A DNA stretch of 20,025 bases. It comes from an uncultured Fibrobacterales bacterium (lineage in GTDB: Bacteria; Fibrobacterota; Fibrobacteria; Fibrobacterales; CAWVXU01). The stretch covers positions 1 through 20,025 of the forward strand of contig CAWVXU010000049.1 in NCBI GenBank assembly GCA_963934255.1, in the 5' to 3' direction. Below the pieces are notes generated by a model. It saw only the letters and a list, made by a program, of their open reading frames with translations, ran no database searches and was not told the origin of the DNA. Shown here piece after piece: positions 7,367 to 16,161 of this stretch. The position numbers and the translations under genes were made by a program. How positions within the stretch are numbered: position 1 is the stretch's first letter; each line of letters starts with the position of its first letter.

Positions 7367-8874
7367 GAAAACTTATTTTCATGATGTGTCTGATTCAAAT
7401 GACATGGGCAACAACTCCCAAATTAGTGGTTTTGGCTCCACAGATGCAGGGCGTCAGCGATAGTGAATCAAAAATCATTTATCAATCACTTTTAATGGTA
7501 CTCAATCAAAATCAACATTTTGACATACCATCAAGTGACGACATTCATTACCAATACAGACAAATGGGCTATATGAAGGCTCCGATATGTTTTGATGATA
7601 GATGCCTCATAGAGTCTGGAAAACTGTTAAAATCTGATTTAATACTGGGTGTTTTTGGTGGTAAAAGTGGAACAAGAACCCGCTTTGAATTTAGGCTTAT
7701 CGGAGTCAATGAGCAAGCAGCGCTTTGGGAACATTCTTTTGAATTTCAACTCAACAGATTAAACCAGTACCCTGAGGCCTTTCAAGATATCAACGCAAAG
7801 CTCATTGGATATGATACCCAATTAACCACTCAACCATTAAAAAAAATTGCTACTGATTTTAAAACGCCTTATGTTTTAAGTTTAATTTCCGGCAGTGCAC
7901 TCAGTGCTTGGCTCCTCTATGAATACGGACCTTGGATATCTCAAAACAAAAATCGTGACCAAATTGATAAAGACTTCATAAAAACTCATGATGAGGCACT
8001 TTCAGGCATTAGAGGGTTTTATGCATCCAGACCAGGCGGTGGTAGATATCGGGCAATGGGAGGCGCGGGAGTTTCACTTGTTGACGATGCCTTTTCCCCT
8101 ATTTGGAACCCAGCTGGACTAGCCAAAGTAAGTTCACAACAAATGCAATTTTCACGTGAAGTTTTACCCACACAAGTTCCCAAGCAGATAATCGCCTATG
8201 CTGCTCCCTTGTCCCGAAACTTATATCACGCCCAAACCCTTCAATATGAAGGAGATGCTTTAGCTAAAGAAATGGTTTTCTATTCATCTTATGCCAGTGA
8301 TCTCAGCCTATTTAGCGCCTATTTTAATCAAGTTCAAGCAGGAGTTAACCTTAAGGGAATGTTGGTTGAAATAGGCAATGAATGCACAGGTATTGACTGT
8401 TCGCAAGGTGGCGGCTATGGTTTTGGATTAGATTTTGGGCTTCAGTGGTCTATCCAGTCTGTCATTTCTTTTGGATTTGTTATTCAAGACCCTTTCTCCT
8501 TCATGCGATATTCAAACTTCTTAACTGGACGCCAATACACTGAAGATATTCCTCCAATATTACTTGGCGGAGTTTCCTATGAATTTACTCAGGATTTTTT
8601 AGCTCAAGTTGATATCAAGAAGGGACTTTATGCTGACCAAAAGGATCGAATATCTATTGGCTTGGAGAAACAAGTCGTCGGGTTTATTTGGCTAAGAGGC
8701 GGACTTTATCAGTTAATTGATCACAATGATTTTAAACTATGGACCTTAGGTTTTGGACTTAATCAAGATTATGAAGGTTACATGTTTAAAGTTAACTATC
8801 ATTTTGAATATGGAAACCAAGAAGCTGTTTTATTTCAAGCTCAACAATCCTTTGACTTTAGCTTACAATTTTAA
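7363..8874 (+). CDS. PorV/PorQ (UPF0164/FadL-fold)-like outer-membrane barrel with an N-terminal CsgG/TolB_N-like domain, 503 aa
   Basis: GGRYRAMGGAGVSLVDDAFSPIWNPAGLA (~8035-8124) matches the PorV/FadL plug signature. Later strands GFGLDFGLQW, RISIGLEK, IWLRGG, WTLGFGL; terminal Phe. N-terminal domain contains CFDDRCLIESGKLLKSDLILG. ATGA overlap with the upstream gene. Confidence 0.75.
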   Translation: MRKLIFMMCLIQMTWATTPKLVVLAPQMQGVSDSESKIIYQSLLMVLNQNQHFDIPSSDDIHYQYRQMGYMKAPICFDDRCLIESGKLLKSDLILGVFGGKSGTRTRFEFRLIGVNEQAALWEHSFEFQLNRLNQYPEAFQDINAKLIGYDTQLTTQPLKKIATDFKTPYVLSLISGSALSAWLLYEYGPWISQNKNRDQIDKDFIKTHDEALSGIRGFYASRPGGGRYRAMGGAGVSLVDDAFSPIWNPAGLAKVSSQQMQFSREVLPTQVPKQIIAYAAPLSRNLYHAQTLQYEGDALAKEMVFYSSYASDLSLFSAYFNQVQAGVNLKGMLVEIGNECTGIDCSQGGGYGFGLDFGLQWSIQSVISFGFVIQDPFSFMRYSNFLTGRQYTEDIPPILLGGVSYEFTQDFLAQVDIKKGLYADQKDRISIGLEKQVVGFIWLRGGLYQLIDHNDFKLWTLGFGLNQDYEGYMFKVNYHFEYGNQEAVLFQAQQSFDFSLQF

Positions 8875-8911
8875 GACGGTAAACAAATAACACTAAATCG
8901 AAGTTATTCTC

Positions 8912-10400
8912 ATGATATCAAGGCCACAAGGTATTTCTTATTTTACTGGGTACTCAGGACAATGTGCAGTAAGCTTTTTTAAAAGTCCCCCTTTTATCAG
9001 CCTGGCACTTATTTCGATTTTATATTTTATCATCTTAAGCATATTCAAAGCTCCAGTTGAAAAGTTTCCAGAATCAATTCTTCTCATTCCTATAGCAATT
9101 TTATTGGTGCATTGCTTTGTTGCCTCGAGATTTGCTTTGCCTTCTCAAAATGGTCATTTTGATGAAGGCTTGGGGTCTAATTTAAATAGTATGGAAGAAA
9201 GCTTAGCCTGCACATGGCGTCTTTTCATGGCCAGCTTTGTTTATCTCATACCCACCCTTTTCGTGCTTTATCTCTTCCCCAAAGACATCCAAAGTTCAAT
9301 GAATCATTTTTTTATCAAATATCAATAGGAGTTGAACCCACTTTAGGCTACTCTTCATTTTTATTTATTTCAAGTAGTTTGTTTATTTTAGTATTTCTCG
9401 TCTACTTCATCCCCATATCTCACCTCGTCGGATTAACAACTACATCAGGACTTGACACCTGGTCACCTTCAAATTGGGCATACTAATTAAAAACTAAAGG
9501 CAGGGAAAGTTTATTTTTTGCTATCACGTTATTTGGTTCAACATTTCTGGTTTCACTCACATTAGGCGCCTTATTTAATGCCATTGGTATACTCAGTTTA
9601 ACTATTTTCAAAAGTATTTCTTTTTATCAAACGATTATGGGGATCTATCCATTCATATGTTTGTCCTCATTCAGTGTTTTATCTGGTCGTTTGAGCGGAG
9701 CCTGTATTTTTGGCGCAAATAAAATTACCTCTAGAGATAGCGTTATCGCAGCAATTGAGGGAATAAATTATAATGACACTTCAAACAAGTTAATTGACCA
9801 ATTCTCACCACCCAACTACGCATCTGAACAACAACCACAATATTCAAATAGTACGGACCAAATTTCACTTGATATGAAGCTCAAAACCCTCAGTAACTAC
9901 CCTCTGGATGAATTTGATCGAGCCAACGCTCTACTGAATGAAATTCTAACTATTACCCCCTTAAATCTTAAATTATCCCAAGCTCAAACAGCCCTCTATA
10001 TGAAATATGAAAAAGAAGATCTTGCTCTTGATTCGGTTTCTACAACAATTGCCCTGGCTCTTCAAACTGGAGCAAGTCGATTAGCATTAGATACCTATCT
10101 TGCGCTAGACTCTTTAAGATTAAAGTTAACATGAGAGCCTGCTATTTTTGAACGACTTGGCCCTATTCTTTCAAGAGAAAATCATTATCGAGATGCTGTT
10201 TGGTGTTATTATCAATATGGTAAAATTTCAAGTGAAATGGAAAAAGCAGAAAGTCTAGTACTTGAAGTAGCCAAAACAGCCCAAAAAAACTTAATCCTAA
10301 GGCTGTATTACCTTTATATCGGTTCATCTTAAAATACTTCCCCGAAACCTCTCATCGAGCTTATATTGAAAAAGTAATAGAGTATAATAAAGCGAAATAA
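8912..10400 (+). pseudogene. Disrupted gene for a multi-TM membrane protein with a C-terminal helical/TPR-like domain (~496 aa if repaired)
   Basis: Four lesions join the ORF fragments into one frame: one base missing at T7 (9307-9313), in-frame TAA (9484-9486), in-frame TGA (10132-10134), one base missing at A7 (10283-10289). The frame is open between lesions. The repaired C-terminus ..KKLNPKAVLPLYRFILKYFPETSHRAYIEKVIEYNKAK* ends at TAA 10398-10400. Confidence 0.8.
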
Positions 10401-10422
10401 TCATTTTTTCTAAGTTAGTCAT

Positions 10423-11295
10423 ATGAAAAGAGCCGTTAAAGCCAGAAATCGAAGTCGTAAAGAAACGACCGACTTGCACATGCATTCTATCTTCTCGGAT
10501 GGTTTACATAGTGTGGAAGAATTAATTGATATGGCAAGCGCCCGCAACTTGACATCCATGGCTATCACTGACCATGATAATATTGATAGCTTTGAAAAGG
10601 GGCACCTTTATGCTAACTCAAAGGGGATTGAATATATTCCTGGAGTTGAAATCTCAGCAGTTCACGCTGGTAAAGATATCCATATATTAGGTTATTATTT
10701 TGACCCCACTAATTTGAATTTCAATATCCAAATGCAAGAGCAATCTCGCAATAGATCTCAACGAATTAAACTGATTTTAAAAAAACTAGCCTCCTTGGAT
10801 ATTAAAATCTCTTACGAGATGGTCAAAGGCTTCTCAAAAAATGGAGTACTAGGTAGACCACACATCGCCATGGCTCTCTTAAAGGAAGAATATGTAAGCT
10901 CCTTTAGTGAGGCCTTTAATAAGTACTTGGGTGACCAAGGTGCCGCTTTTATTGAGAAAAAAGGACTTACTGTAGAGCAAAGTTTACAATTAATCCGCCG
11001 AGCTGGAGGTATCTCTGTCATGGCCCACCCTCACAAAACCAACGCAGACAGTTTAATACCAGAGATGGTTAAGATGGGATTAGGTGGTATTGAAACATAT
11101 TGCCATAGTCAAAAGGGGAACGTAGGACGTAAATACCGTGAAATCGCTAAGAAACACCAACTTGTTTGTTCAGGTGGTTCAGATTTCCACGGAGATGTGG
11201 GTGGCGGAGCATCAGTCGGAAGTTTAAAAATACCGCATAGTGTGACTGTTGAACTCAAGGAACACCTTGAACTGCATAAATCAGACTGGTTTTAA
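10423..11295 (+). CDS. PHP-domain metal-dependent phosphoesterase (TrpH/YciV family), 290 aa
   Basis: Metal-binding motifs DLHMHSIFSDG, AITDHD, PGVEIS, HILGY, GRPHIA, MAHP, GGSDFHG. Confidence 0.92.
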   Translation: MKRAVKARNRSRKETTDLHMHSIFSDGLHSVEELIDMASARNLTSMAITDHDNIDSFEKGHLYANSKGIEYIPGVEISAVHAGKDIHILGYYFDPTNLNFNIQMQEQSRNRSQRIKLILKKLASLDIKISYEMVKGFSKNGVLGRPHIAMALLKEEYVSSFSEAFNKYLGDQGAAFIEKKGLTVEQSLQLIRRAGGISVMAHPHKTNADSLIPEMVKMGLGGIETYCHSQKGNVGRKYREIAKKHQLVCSGGSDFHGDVGGGASVGSLKIPHSVTVELKEHLELHKSDWF

Positions 11296-11324
11296 GCTTT
11301 TTATCAAAAATTTAACCTTTGGAA

Positions 11325-12401
11325 TTAAATCTCTTCGTAAAGAGAATTTCGTTCACAAGGTTGAGCACCTTGGCTAGCTATTAAACTTTGTAAGTCATTA
11401 CTTCTAATTTTTGGATTTGAAACACCTCCAGCCATGGAGTAAATTTTTGTTGAGTCATCAATAGTTCCATCCAAATCATCTACACCATATTTCATGGACT
11501 CAAGTGCAACATCCATGCCAGTCATAACCCAATAAGCTTTTAAATGTGGGATATTATCACAAAACAATCGAGACACAGCAAAATTTCTAAAGTCGTCATC
11601 TTGTCCAACTTCCGGTAAATCACTCAAAGCATTGTTTTGATTTAAATAACGCAAAGGAATAAAACTCATAAAACCTTGATTCTTATCTTGTAAGTCTCGT
11701 AAATCACCCATATGATCGATACGATCACCGAAAGATTCTAGGTGCCCATAGAGCATTGTTGCATTTGAAGCTAAGCCAATTTTATGCGCTGTTTCGTGTA
11801 CTTCTAGCCACCTATGAGCCGGAGCTTTACCACCAGCAATTTTCTTTCGCACACTCGCGTTAAAGATTTCAGCTCCACCGCCTGGTAAACTATCGAGCCC
11901 AGCTTCTTTTAATTGGAGTAAAGTCTCTTCAACTGTTAATTTACTTTTACGAGCAAAAAAGGTGATTTCCACTGCTGTAAAAGCTTTGATGTGAACTTCA
12001 GGTCGATATTCTCGAATTTGACGACAGAGTTCAATACCATATTCAACACCGCGATCCGGGTGAACTCCCCCCGTAATATGCACCTCAGTCAATTGCCCAA
12101 CAGGGTGTTTGTCTAACTCAGCTTTTAGGTCTTTAAATTGAAAGTCCCAAGCTCCATCAGCTTCTGTAGAGCCAGGCTTTCTGTAGAATGCACAAAATTT
12201 ACACGAGTAAACACAAACATTTGTGGGTTCAAAATGAATATTTCGATTATAAAAAACCTTGTTACCAAATTTTTGTTTTTTTGATTTCAATGCCCATTCA
12301 GATAGAAACTCCAAACTTGCATTTTCATAAAGCCAGAGGGCGTCATCCTTAGTTAAACGTTGACTTGATTCTAATTTATTAACAATAATTTTTTGATTCA
12401 T
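11325..12401 (-). CDS. mqnE: Aminofutalosine synthase MqnE (CofH/MqnC/MqnE radical SAM family), 358 aa
   Basis: Radical SAM motif CVYSCKFC; EVHITGGVHP, HIKAFTAVEI, LDSLPGGGAEIF, SNATMLYGHLES, IPHLKAYW, DDLDGT. NATMLYGH and KAYW favour MqnE over MqnC/CofH. GAGG RBS upstream. Confidence 0.85.
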   Translation of the reverse strand: MNQKIIVNKLESSQRLTKDDALWLYENASLEFLSEWALKSKKQKFGNKVFYNRNIHFEPTNVCVYSCKFCAFYRKPGSTEADGAWDFQFKDLKAELDKHPVGQLTEVHITGGVHPDRGVEYGIELCRQIREYRPEVHIKAFTAVEITFFARKSKLTVEETLLQLKEAGLDSLPGGGAEIFNASVRKKIAGGKAPAHRWLEVHETAHKIGLASNATMLYGHLESFGDRIDHMGDLRDLQDKNQGFMSFIPLRYLNQNNALSDLPEVGQDDDFRNFAVSRLFCDNIPHLKAYWVMTGMDVALESMKYGVDDLDGTIDDSTKIYSMAGGVSNPKIRSNDLQSLIASQGAQPCERNSLYEEI

Positions 12402-12471
12402 TGGGGCCTCAAAAGCAATATGGTCATTTAAAGATAAATATTTCTAGTTTAAAATTCACGAGGAGTTTACT

Positions 12472-13044
12472 GTGAACTGGATTGATACTGTCTCATTGGG
12501 ACTAATTTTATTATTAATGGCCACCGGAGCATGGGCGGGCCTCATTAAATCCATTTTCAGATTGTTAAGTATAGCGGCTGCTAGTTATGCGTCTTGGGCT
12601 TTTAGCTCACAAGCAGCTGAATATATAACGCCACACTTTGAATGGAACCCGGCCACTATCAAGATAGCTGTTGGCTCTACTATCTTCGTCGGCTCTTTGG
12701 TTATTGTATTATTGATCGGTAATTTTCTTAGTAAAATTATTGCCATGACACCAGCCGGTGTATTTGATCGGCTTGGAGGAGCCGGCCTAGGTCTACTGAA
12801 GGCAAGTCTGATTATATTAATTATAGGAAATCTCCTTCTATTTATTCCCGTTAAAATTCATTCTGGGTTTGGCATTCAGCTCGAACAATCAAAGACTTTG
12901 AGTTATATCAAACAATTTGAACTCCAACTCGACCCACCCGATTGGGATAAAATCAAAAATGATGGGCTAAAAAAACTCAAAAATGAGCATGTTGGCTCCA
13001 AGAAACTTATCAAGCCTTCAGAAACAGAGAAGTTTGACTATTAA
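12472..13044 (+). CDS. cvpA: CvpA (colicin V production) family membrane protein, 190 aa
   Basis: MNWID start, G..AGLIKSIF, four hydrophobic helices, DRLGGAGLGLLKA motif, SKTL after the last helix. GAGGAG RBS before the GTG start. Confidence 0.88.
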   Translation: MNWIDTVSLGLILLLMATGAWAGLIKSIFRLLSIAAASYASWAFSSQAAEYITPHFEWNPATIKIAVGSTIFVGSLVIVLLIGNFLSKIIAMTPAGVFDRLGGAGLGLLKASLIILIIGNLLLFIPVKIHSGFGIQLEQSKTLSYIKQFELQLDPPDWDKIKNDGLKKLKNEHVGSKKLIKPSETEKFDY

Positions 13045-13110
13045 TCAAGCTTGAAATTCGAATAGATTAAACTAAATTTTTGTTTGATTTCTAATAAAAT
13101 AAAGAATTTG

Positions 13111-14037
13111 ATGCTAAATCCTGATACAAAAATTTGTATTTACAATGAGCAGGGTCAACCCTTATTTCAATGGACTATCACTCGATGGCATTTCAAAGTG
13201 TTTCATTTTTTAAAACGCACATCACTGGGTCTTGGTTTAATATTGTTGGCTTTTTGGCCTCTCTATGCATTTGCCAATTATTCTCTAGGCGACGCACAAA
13301 AGACTCAAATATACTTAGAAGAGATTGCAGCTGAATTGCAAACTGATATGAAAGACGTTGCAAGCGAACTTTCGGGCCTGCAACAAAATGAAAATCGATT
13401 AAGAAAACGCAGTGGTCTTAACAATATATCACATGAATTATTTATGCAAGGTGTTGGTGGACCAGCCAATAAAGATTCATTATTTCAAAAAATGGTGTTT
13501 CCAAAATCGCAACTGAAATCTGATCTACATTCTTTTGCCCAAACCTTGACTCGCCAGACTAGCTTCTCACATGAAAATTTATCTACCTTACGCAAAATAA
13601 CTGAACAAAATGTTAACTTCTGGCGTCATACTCCTAGTATTCTACCTACTGAAGGAAGGCTAACATCAGGTTTTGGTATTCGTACTCACCCAGTTACTGG
13701 GGAAGCAAACACCGCGCATAATGGATTAGACATTAGTAATAAGCTATGGACTCCAATTTTGTCATCCGCAGACGGCATTATTAAGTCTGTTAAAAGTGGC
13801 GGTGGTTTTGGAAACAACATTACTATTGACCATGGCAATGCGATAGTTACTCGTTTTGCACACTTAAATAAAGCCATAGTAAAAGTTGGGGATTTTGTTC
13901 AAAGATATCAGCCAATTGGCTATATGGGTAACACAGGCCGCTCAACAGGGTCTCATCTTCATTACGAAGTGCATCTAGATGGCAAGCCTGTTAACCCAAT
14001 TCGTTTTATTTTACCCGCGGACCAAGTCATTGATTAA
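13111..14037 (+). CDS. M23 family metallopeptidase (membrane-anchored, coiled-coil), ~308 aa
   Basis: N-terminal TM segment, coiled coil, GVGG linker, TPSILPTEGRLTSGFGIRTHP, Zn ligands HNGLD and HLH (GRSTGSHLHYEV), FGNNITIDHG, FAHL. Start is ATG 13111 or TTG 13084. Confidence 0.92.
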   Translation: MLNPDTKICIYNEQGQPLFQWTITRWHFKVFHFLKRTSLGLGLILLAFWPLYAFANYSLGDAQKTQIYLEEIAAELQTDMKDVASELSGLQQNENRLRKRSGLNNISHELFMQGVGGPANKDSLFQKMVFPKSQLKSDLHSFAQTLTRQTSFSHENLSTLRKITEQNVNFWRHTPSILPTEGRLTSGFGIRTHPVTGEANTAHNGLDISNKLWTPILSSADGIIKSVKSGGGFGNNITIDHGNAIVTRFAHLNKAIVKVGDFVQRYQPIGYMGNTGRSTGSHLHYEVHLDGKPVNPIRFILPADQVID

Positions 14038-14051
14038 TTAGCCAAAGCGCT

Positions 14052-15491
14052 ATGAACTCATCATTATTACAAATTGTATATGCAATTTTATTAACCCATT
14101 CACTATCGGCCGCATGCACTCAAGCATATTTGAGTGAAGTTCACGCCAATCCTCAGGTGAAACTAGACATTGAGGCTGAGTTTTTTGAAATCTATGCCTA
14201 CAAACTAAAGCCACCATGTATAATTGAAATCCACATTAACTCTCAATTAAGCATCAGAGATACCCTATACATATCAGGGCATCACGTCTATTCACCCTAT
14301 TCAACTCACCCAGGACATCAGCCTCACAAGCCATTAACAAACTCAAGCGAATTATTGTTTCAAGTCTTTCACTATGGTCTTTTGGAATCAATAGAAGACT
14401 CAATAATTGTTCAACCCATTGAGATTGATTCAATTTTAGTGCCCTCTGCGCTTACAGGCCAATCGTGGGAAAGAATCGTTGATTCAGCATTCAACACAAC
14501 ACATTTATGGGCAAAACATAGTACACAAGATTCTTTAGAATCATCTGTCAATTATGGCAGCCCCATCTCTCAAAAACATTTAAATGACTGCCTCATAATA
14601 GGTGATTTAGATAGCATTCAAGTCAATTGTACGAAAGATCAAGCTGTTGGCTTTGTATTAAGTAAATCTTTAGGTGATTTTAAGTGGGAAGATATACCTG
14701 ATACAGTTTGGTTTCAGACAGAGAAACGCTTATTGGTTTTGAAACTACCAGAATTATTTCAAAAATCAAAAGTATCGTCTTTCTATAGTATTAATAATTT
14801 TGAAATAAAAATTGTCGGCGATGATTACCCCATCAACAACACTAGCTATTTCATTTCAACTCCCTATCCCTTTGAAATTACTGAACTTCAAATTTATTCC
14901 AATGACTCAATCCCAGAATGGATTAAAATTATAAGAACTGAAAATACACTTCTTAAAGGCTTGAATATAATCGTCAATAAGAAGCCATTTGTTTTAGATA
15001 CCAACCAACACCCATCAGAATATTCAAGTTGTATATACACATCCGACTCACTTAAATTTTTAGCTTATTATGGTCACCTAAGGTCTTGCCTAAAGGAGCT
15101 GAGTCCTTGGCCGAGCCTGATTAATTCTGGAGGAGAGATATGCCTACAATATCAAGCTATTCCAATTAGTCAAAATTGTATCACTTGGCGTAACCAACAG
15201 GAACATTGGCCAACGCCCTATCAAATTAAATCTATCTCTCTAGCCAGTCCTCTATTTATTGAGGGTGAATATTTCGCCATCAACCTAATAGGCTTTAAAT
15301 CAACGGACTTGATAGATTGGGCTATCTATAACTCTGATGGATATAGGTATCATAAAGAAAGCTCCCAAGCTAAGTTGCTCAATAAAAACATTAACAAGCA
15401 AGGAGAGAAATTACACCAAGGGATGTATTTATTATTCATCCAAATTGAAGACAAGACCAGCAGCTTTCTTTTTTATAAAAACAAAATTTAA
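14052..15491 (+). CDS. Secreted lamin-tail-domain (LTD)-like protein with a degenerate T9SS-CTD-like tail, 479 aa
   Basis: Signal peptide, possibly with a lipobox-like SAAC. Two LTD-like starts, LSEVHANP..EAEFFEIY and ITELQIY..PEWIKI, plus GQSWER, GSP and WPSLINSGGEICL. Tail AIYNSDG..LHQGMYLLFIQIEDK resembles a CTD. Confidence 0.62.
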   Translation: MNSSLLQIVYAILLTHSLSAACTQAYLSEVHANPQVKLDIEAEFFEIYAYKLKPPCIIEIHINSQLSIRDTLYISGHHVYSPYSTHPGHQPHKPLTNSSELLFQVFHYGLLESIEDSIIVQPIEIDSILVPSALTGQSWERIVDSAFNTTHLWAKHSTQDSLESSVNYGSPISQKHLNDCLIIGDLDSIQVNCTKDQAVGFVLSKSLGDFKWEDIPDTVWFQTEKRLLVLKLPELFQKSKVSSFYSINNFEIKIVGDDYPINNTSYFISTPYPFEITELQIYSNDSIPEWIKIIRTENTLLKGLNIIVNKKPFVLDTNQHPSEYSSCIYTSDSLKFLAYYGHLRSCLKELSPWPSLINSGGEICLQYQAIPISQNCITWRNQQEHWPTPYQIKSISLASPLFIEGEYFAINLIGFKSTDLIDWAIYNSDGYRYHKESSQAKLLNKNINKQGEKLHQGMYLLFIQIEDKTSSFLFYKNKI

Positions 15492-15492
15492 A

Positions 15493-16161
15493 ATGAAGTA
15501 TTGTCTTATCTACCTGGTACTTAACCCCTCAATTGGTTTTTCATTTTATAACGGCAGTTATGATGACAACTCACATATTATGCCAAGCCCATCTATGTTT
15601 GAAATTCAATACTCATTAGAAAACAAATCCACTTATAAAAGTCAAACACATTTTATTCAATTGCACATGCCACTATTGATGATAAAAGAATCAAGTATTT
15701 CATTCTCCCCTGTCTATTTTATCGAGGACACCCCATTTTATCATCAAACCCAATATATTCCAAGTGGAAGCGTTTATTATTTCCAACCAAAATATTGGCT
15801 ATTCATACAATACATGCATAAAGAGAAAATTCAATTTCAAATTTCAAATCAAATATTCAAAAGATTAGGAACTAAAATTTTTTTCGACGAAGATGATCTA
15901 ATTGAAAGTCATTTGTTTTTGTTTAATTCTCACCAGTCATCTATAAGTCTATCACGTCATCACCTCAAACACCTAGGCATAGGGTTCTATTGGGTTCAAA
16001 ACAATTGGAATACAAGTATTTCACACTACCCTAAGCAAAGTCAGTTTCAATTTTCAATTGCATGGATGATAACTGAAAATTTCACACTAGAATTTATACA
16101 ATACCATTTTGAAAGAAATCATCAAAAAACAAATTTGAGTGTTTCATGGGACTTCTACTAA
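15493..16161 (+). CDS. Hypothetical protein, possible small outer-membrane beta-barrel, ~222 aa
   Basis: ATG at 15493, 1 nt after the upstream stop; the 15337 start would overlap the upstream gene by 155 nt. Aromatic-rich amphipathic segments HLGIGFYW and FQFSIAWMI; C-terminus NLSVSWDFY. Confidence 0.55.
   Translation: MKYCLIYLVLNPSIGFSFYNGSYDDNSHIMPSPSMFEIQYSLENKSTYKSQTHFIQLHMPLLMIKESSISFSPVYFIEDTPFYHQTQYIPSGSVYYFQPKYWLFIQYMHKEKIQFQISNQIFKRLGTKIFFDEDDLIESHLFLFNSHQSSISLSRHHLKHLGIGFYWVQNNWNTSISHYPKQSQFQFSIAWMITENFTLEFIQYHFERNHQKTNLSVSWDFY

Noticed and set aside
10132..10134. TGA recoding (genetic code 4/25 or selenocysteine)
   Set aside because: The long Trp-containing ORFs have no in-frame TGA, TGA acts as a stop at 7364-7366 in an ATGA overlap, and the same gene also has a TAA and two frameshifts.
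9307..10290. Programmed -1 frameshifting at T_TTT_TTT (9307-9313) and A_AAA_AAC (10284-10290), both in the right phase to restore the frame
   Set aside because: A single-base loss from an 8-nt run can produce this pattern by itself. Full-length expression would also need readthrough of both a TAA and a TGA, so decay is far more parsimonious.
11296..11324. Bidirectional terminator between the convergent PHP and mqnE genes
   Set aside because: Only 29 nt of AT-rich sequence with no GC-rich stem.
12472..13044. Bacteriocin (colicin V) locus
   Set aside because: CvpA is a widespread housekeeping membrane protein, and no toxin, immunity or ABC exporter genes are nearby.
15337..15492. Upstream start for the 274-aa ORF
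   Set aside because: It would overlap the LTD gene by 155 nt. ATG 15493 directly after the upstream stop gives a hydrophobic N-terminus.
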